Part shown: positions 16,576 through 18,928 of the stretch, piece after piece
Numbering within the stretch: the stretch's first letter is position 1
Layout of the letters: the number at the start of each line of letters is the position of its first letter
From: Arcobacter sp.
GTDB lineage: Bacteria > Campylobacterota > Campylobacteria > Campylobacterales > Arcobacteraceae
Direction of reading: 5' to 3'
DNA length: 18,928 bases
NCBI GenBank assembly: GCA_965662175.1
Contig: CBFIGT010000039.1
Span: 1 to 18,928 of the forward strand
The notes under the pieces: model-generated
The model's database searches: none
Told to the model about the DNA's origin: nothing
The model's input: only the letters and a program-made list of their open reading frames with translations
Translations under genes and position numbers: made by a program

Positions 16576-17946
16576 ATGGCACTTGATAAAACTCTTTTAA
16601 AAAAATTATCAATTTTATATGTGGAAGATGATGAAACAATAAGAACAGAATTATCATCTTTATTAAGTAATTTTTTTAATGAGGTCTTTATTGCAAGCGA
16701 TGGACTTGAGGGCTTAAATGTTTATAAAAATAATAAGAAAAAAATAGACTTAATAATCAGCGATATTACTATGCCTAAGATGTCAGGTATAGATATGGTT
16801 AAGGAGATTAGAGAGTTTGATAATGAAATTGCAATTATTTTTGCAACAGCTTATTCAGATAAAGAGTTTTTGATTGATTCTATTAAATTAAAAATCTATA
16901 ACTATATTATAAAACCAATAGATATTAGAGGTTTATTAGCCTCAATTGGTGAACTAGCACAAACACTTCATACAAAAGAGATAATTGATAATAAAAACAA
17001 AGAGTTAGCCGAATTTAAAGAGGCAATTGATGCTAGTAGTATAGTAATAAAAACAGATACTCATATGAAAATAACTTATGTTAATTCACATTTCTGTAAG
17101 GTAACGGGATATAGTTCAGATGAATTAATAGGTAAAAACTTTTTACATTTAAAGCATCAAGATAGTGATAAATCTATTTATAATAATATGTATGAAAATG
17201 TTTTAAATAATAAAATGTGGAATGGAAAACTAAAGCAAGTTACAAAAGAGGGTGTTGTTTTTATAGTTGATTCATACATGATTACAAGCCATGATGAAGA
17301 TGGAAATATTGTTGGTTCTATTATTATTCAAAGAGATATTACAGAAGATACTAAAAAACAAAGACAAGTACAAATTGCACTTATGAAAGAGAAAAGTGAT
17401 ATTTTCATAAAAAGTAAAGAGAATTTTGCTAAAAAAAGTATAACAATAAATAAACTTGAAAGTGAAAAAAAAGAGCTTGAACAAGTTGTTAAAAATGCTG
17501 AAACAGAAAAAGATAAATTTCTTTATTTAGTTGGTAAATATCAATCTGATATTAAAAAACTTAAAGCAAGAGTCTCTGAGTTTGAAAAAACACAATCTTC
17601 TCAAGTTAGTGGAATTAATGTATTAAGAATACAAAAAGAGAATGCTGATTTAAGAATTGAGGTTAAAAGATTAAAAGATAGATTAGAAAATCTTTTAGAA
17701 GATATGCAAAAAAGAGTAAATCAAACTAAGGTAACCGCTGATATTCAAATTGAAGATTTAGAAAGAGAATTATTTGAATGTAGGGAAAAACTTAAAAATA
17801 TGGGTAATGAGCAAACACTAATTCAAAAAGTTGATTATTGGAAAGAGAAAGCTAAAGTTGAGACTCTTAAAGTTGATGATTTAGAGCAAAAAATTATGAG
17901 ACACGCTGACAAATCACTTCTTACAAAGATATTTGGTTCGAAATAA
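16576..17946 (+). CDS. Receiver - PAS - long coiled-coil protein with no recognisable enzymatic output domain
   Basis: Intact REC (VEDD, SDITMP, TAYS, KP), PAS/PAC (YVNSHFCKVTGYSSDELIGKN...RDIT), then ~190 aa of K/E/L/Q-rich heptad-like sequence ending KSLLTKIFGSK. Confidence 0.85.
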   Translation: MALDKTLLKKLSILYVEDDETIRTELSSLLSNFFNEVFIASDGLEGLNVYKNNKKKIDLIISDITMPKMSGIDMVKEIREFDNEIAIIFATAYSDKEFLIDSIKLKIYNYIIKPIDIRGLLASIGELAQTLHTKEIIDNKNKELAEFKEAIDASSIVIKTDTHMKITYVNSHFCKVTGYSSDELIGKNFLHLKHQDSDKSIYNNMYENVLNNKMWNGKLKQVTKEGVVFIVDSYMITSHDEDGNIVGSIIIQRDITEDTKKQRQVQIALMKEKSDIFIKSKENFAKKSITINKLESEKKELEQVVKNAETEKDKFLYLVGKYQSDIKKLKARVSEFEKTQSSQVSGINVLRIQKENADLRIEVKRLKDRLENLLEDMQKRVNQTKVTADIQIEDLERELFECREKLKNMGNEQTLIQKVDYWKEKAKVETLKVDDLEQKIMRHADKSLLTKIFGSK

Positions 17947-17954
17947 AGTAAAAA

Positions 17955-18482
17955 TTACTTTATTTCTATTGATATGATTTTTTGATCTTGAAGTGGTTTA
18001 TCTCCACCATATTTACCTGAAGTTGGAACATTTTCTATTTTTCTAACAACATCCATACCATTTTTTACATAACCAAAAATTGTATATCCACCATTTAACC
18101 AGTGAGTAACTGTTGTAGTTATAAAAAACTGACTTCCATTTGTATCAGGACCTGCGTTTGCCATGGCTAAAATTCCAGCTTTATCAAAAACTGCATTAGG
18201 TGCATACTCATTTTTAAAAGGTTTTCCCCATATAGATTCACCACCTCGTCCAGTTCCTGTTGGGTCACCACCTTGAATCATAAAGTTTTTAATAACCCTA
18301 TGAAATATAAGATTATTATAGTAACCATTTTTAGCATGAGTTACAAAATTCTCAACAGCTTTAGGTGCTATATCAGCTCGTAACTCTATTTCGATTTCAC
18401 CTTGTGAAGTTTTTAATATTGCAGTTGGATTACTAGCAAATAGTAACACTGACATTGATATTAATAATATTAACTTTTTCAT
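17955..18482 (-). CDS. ppi: Cyclophilin-type peptidyl-prolyl cis-trans isomerase with signal peptide
   Basis: APKAVENF, FHRVIKNFMIQGGDPTGTGRGG, AMANAGPDTNGSQFFIT and YTIFG motifs. N-terminal MKK-hydrophobic-LFA signal. AAGGA RBS at 18488-18492. Confidence 0.95.
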   Translation of the reverse strand: MKKLILLISMSVLLFASNPTAILKTSQGEIEIELRADIAPKAVENFVTHAKNGYYNNLIFHRVIKNFMIQGGDPTGTGRGGESIWGKPFKNEYAPNAVFDKAGILAMANAGPDTNGSQFFITTTVTHWLNGGYTIFGYVKNGMDVVRKIENVPTSGKYGGDKPLQDQKIISIEIK

Positions 18483-18510
18483 TAAAATCCTTAATTTTAT
18501 TTAAAAATTG

Positions 18511-18516
18511 AGTATA
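18511..18516 (-). promoter_or_regulatory. Putative -10 (TATACT) for the cyclophilin gene
   Basis: TATACT on the minus strand ~29 nt upstream of the ATG. Confidence 0.35.
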
Positions 18517-18574
18517 ATATTAAAGTTTTTAAGATTTTATTAAAAAGCACTTTTATATCAATTTAATTTTTATT

Positions 18575-18583
18575 TGATAAAAT
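18575..18583 (+). promoter_or_regulatory. Putative extended -10 (TGaTAAAAT) firing rightwards into the non-coding region
   Basis: TGn-TAAAAT with periodic T-tracts upstream, typical of Campylobacterota sigma70 promoters. Confidence 0.5.
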
Positions 18584-18687
18584 TCAGCAAATTATATTTT
18601 CAAGCCTTTTTATAAAGAACACCTTAAAGAATAAGGGAATTTAAAAAAAGCAATACTTTATTAACAACAAATTTTAAAAGAACATTT

Positions 18688-18869
18688 TCAAGATGTAAAT
18701 CTTGATTTTGTTTGATTTTAAAAGTACTTTAAAAAAATCTAGAATTTAAATTTAGATCAAAGTATTTTTATAATCAAACACTATGTTTGGTTAAACAATT
18801 AGGTACAGTAATAGCTATTTTTTGATTGCTATTATAAGTGATTTTAGTACTAACTTGAGATCTTTAACA
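18688..18869 (+). other. Structured non-coding region (long 5' leader or ncRNA candidate)
   Basis: 7-bp stem with GUAA tetraloop (18688-18705), 22-bp stem plus inner stem (18709-18780), 7-bp stem (18809-18834) and a boxA-like TCTTTAACA (18861-18869). Confidence 0.45.
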
Positions 18870-18928
18870 TTTTACTGTTTATGACTTTGCGAATACACGA
18901 TTTGGATTGTATGGTGTGTTATATTTAA

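Noticed and set aside
17272..17484. 70-aa Phe-rich minus strand ORF
   Set aside because: Mirror of the Lys/Glu-rich coiled-coil coding strand.
18614..18693. Imperfect 17-nt direct repeat (AAAGAACACCTTAAAGA / AAAGAACATTTTCAAGA) as a possible CRISPR or iteron remnant
   Set aside because: Only two copies, 14/17 identical, in very AT-rich DNA. No array and no cas or rep gene.
18860..18928. CGCAAAG on the minus strand, reminiscent of a c-di-GMP-I riboswitch
   Set aside because: The upstream GGCAAAC and GAAA-loop P1 elements are missing, so only a short motif matches.

Overview
AT-rich bacterial chromosomal window. Gene content and order suggest Campylobacterota, most likely Arcobacteraceae (inference, not a database result). 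It is mostly housekeeping and signalling genes: a 3' remnant of a probable DNA methyltransferase, a small hypothetical, mfd, a Cache-PAS-GGDEF diguanylate cyclase, class I fumarate hydratase, a Spy/CpxP + OmpR regulator + histidine kinase module, a BaiN/HI0933 flavoprotein, a 52-aa membrane protein missed by the ORF track, YmdB phosphoesterase, HhH-GPD glycosylase, an orphan ParA/MinD-like ATPase with a tail-anchored partner, ubiE/menG, xseA, a cheW - receiver - REC/PAS/coiled-coil operon and a cyclophilin, ending in a structured ~440-nt non-coding region. No transposase, integrase, CRISPR array, tRNA or rRNA gene was seen. Best leads: the kinase-less cheW/REC/REC-PAS-coiled-coil module, the apparent ATT start of the flavoprotein, the ParA-like/tail-anchor pair, the interrupted methyltransferase at the left edge and the structured + strand leader at the right edge.
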